From: Octopus bimaculoides
Lineage: Eukaryota
Direction of reading: 5' to 3'
Length of the DNA: 64,000 nt
Assembly (NCBI RefSeq): GCF_001194135.2
Contig: NC_068998.1
Coordinates: 33,507,871-33,571,870 of the forward strand
The translations under genes were made by a program, and so were the position numbers. This document shows, piece by piece, positions 62,957 to 64,000 of this stretch. Position 1 is the first letter of the stretch. Every line of letters begins with the position of its first letter. The notes under the pieces were generated by a model. That model was not told where the DNA came from. It made no database searches and was given only the letters and a program-made list of their open reading frames with translations.

Positions 62957-63616
62957 TATAATTGTATATGTGTGTGTATACTTCTACACATATCTATGTG
63001 TATGTATTTACATGTATGTGTGTATAAGTATGCATGCATATGTATAGATGACTGTGTATGTGTATCCATATGTATATGTTTATATATACAGTTGCACACA
63101 AAACAGACATTCATTATTCCATAAGTGCACATACATTGTTTTAAAAGTATAATTTCAAGATATTACAATGCAATTTTATGAGGAAAGTTATCTGTGACCT
63201 CTCTTGTAGGAGGTTTAAAATATTTGGAGAATCCCCAATGACAGCCAGAAATGAGATGATAAATGTGAGCTTGAAATAACCATTTTTACATGTGTCAGTC
63301 ATGAGGTTTTGTAAAAAAAAAAATCATAAAGATAAGAGTTTTCTTTGTAATTTTCATAATATATTTCAAAATATATTCAAACAACATATATCTCAAGGGA
63401 AAACAAACTTGAATTACCACCTGAATGGTAAGAAACATGGAACTTGGAGTACTGAAATTATAATGTATCAAATAACACTTAACAATTCTCTATTAAGTTT
63501 TGTAATTTATTACTTCTCAGAGAATCAATAGATTGTTATTTATATAAATTATGTGTATACAGACATACATGAATGTGTGTGTGTGTGCGTGTGCGTGTGT
63601 TTGTGTGTTTCTATTT

Positions 63617-63985
63617 GGTGCAGGCATGGCTGTGTTGTAAGTAGTTCGCCTCCCAATCACATGTTTCCAGGTTCAGTCTTACTGCATGTCACTTTGAGTT
63701 GACCAAAGTCTTGTGAGTGGATTTGGCAGATGAAAACTGAAAGAACCCCACTAGTACATATATATGTGTACGTCTTTGTGTCTGTATTTGTCCCCTACTA
63801 CCACTTGACAACTGGTGTTGGTGTGTTTACATCACCATAACTTAGCAGTTCAGCAAAAGAGATCGATAGAATAAGTACCAGACTTTAACAAATGTACTAG
63901 GGTCAATTCACTCACCTACATATTCTTCAAGGTGATGCCCCTGCATGGATGCAAACTAACGACTGAAACAGGTAAAAGACAAAGA
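63617..63985 (+). mobile_element. Full-length tRNA-derived SINE (15431 family)
   Basis: ggtgcaggcatggctgtgttgtaag...ccaggttcagtc...gatagaataagtacc...gactgaaacaggtaaaag. Confidence 0.87.
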
Positions 63986-64000
63986 TATATATATATGTAT

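Noticed and set aside
3009-63132. Long ORFs in the track full of X or of YI/HT/CV/MYVC runs
   Set aside because: They read through N gaps or dinucleotide/tetranucleotide microsatellites and are not proteins.

Overview
This is AT-rich, repeat-dense animal genomic DNA from a gapped short-read assembly, with 15 N-runs, most of them next to microsatellites. The repeat content is tRNA-headed SINEs including Deu/Nin-domain types, RTE LINEs with (GAT)n tails, Penelope-like elements (PLEs), DD34D mariners, Helitrons, MITEs and very dense (TA)n/(CA)n/(TATG)n/(GATA)n tracts. It resembles an octopod genome such as Octopus (inference from the repeat families only). No intact multi-exon host gene can be assembled with confidence, and nearly all ORFs in the track are artefacts of gaps or microsatellites. 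There is one CpG-rich promoter-like island (about 45.35-45.6 kb) next to a candidate signal-peptide exon, plus a few candidate micro-exons. The most interesting signal is a PLE terminal-repeat family carrying minimal type-I hammerhead ribozymes (2915-2963 minus, 6351-6440 plus). Two independent fold-back palindromes (57751-57910 and 5386-5464) break at short self-complementary motifs of that repeat: one is the ribozyme's own palindromic helix III, the other a TAATATATTA decamer 13 nt upstream of the ribozyme. This suggests snap-back self-priming during PLE integration. Also visible are a TSD-bounded hAT-type element holding a nested Helitron and a family-level captured RTE tail, two mariners sharing the same stop codons, and RTE LINEs with a PHD-type finger after the RT core.
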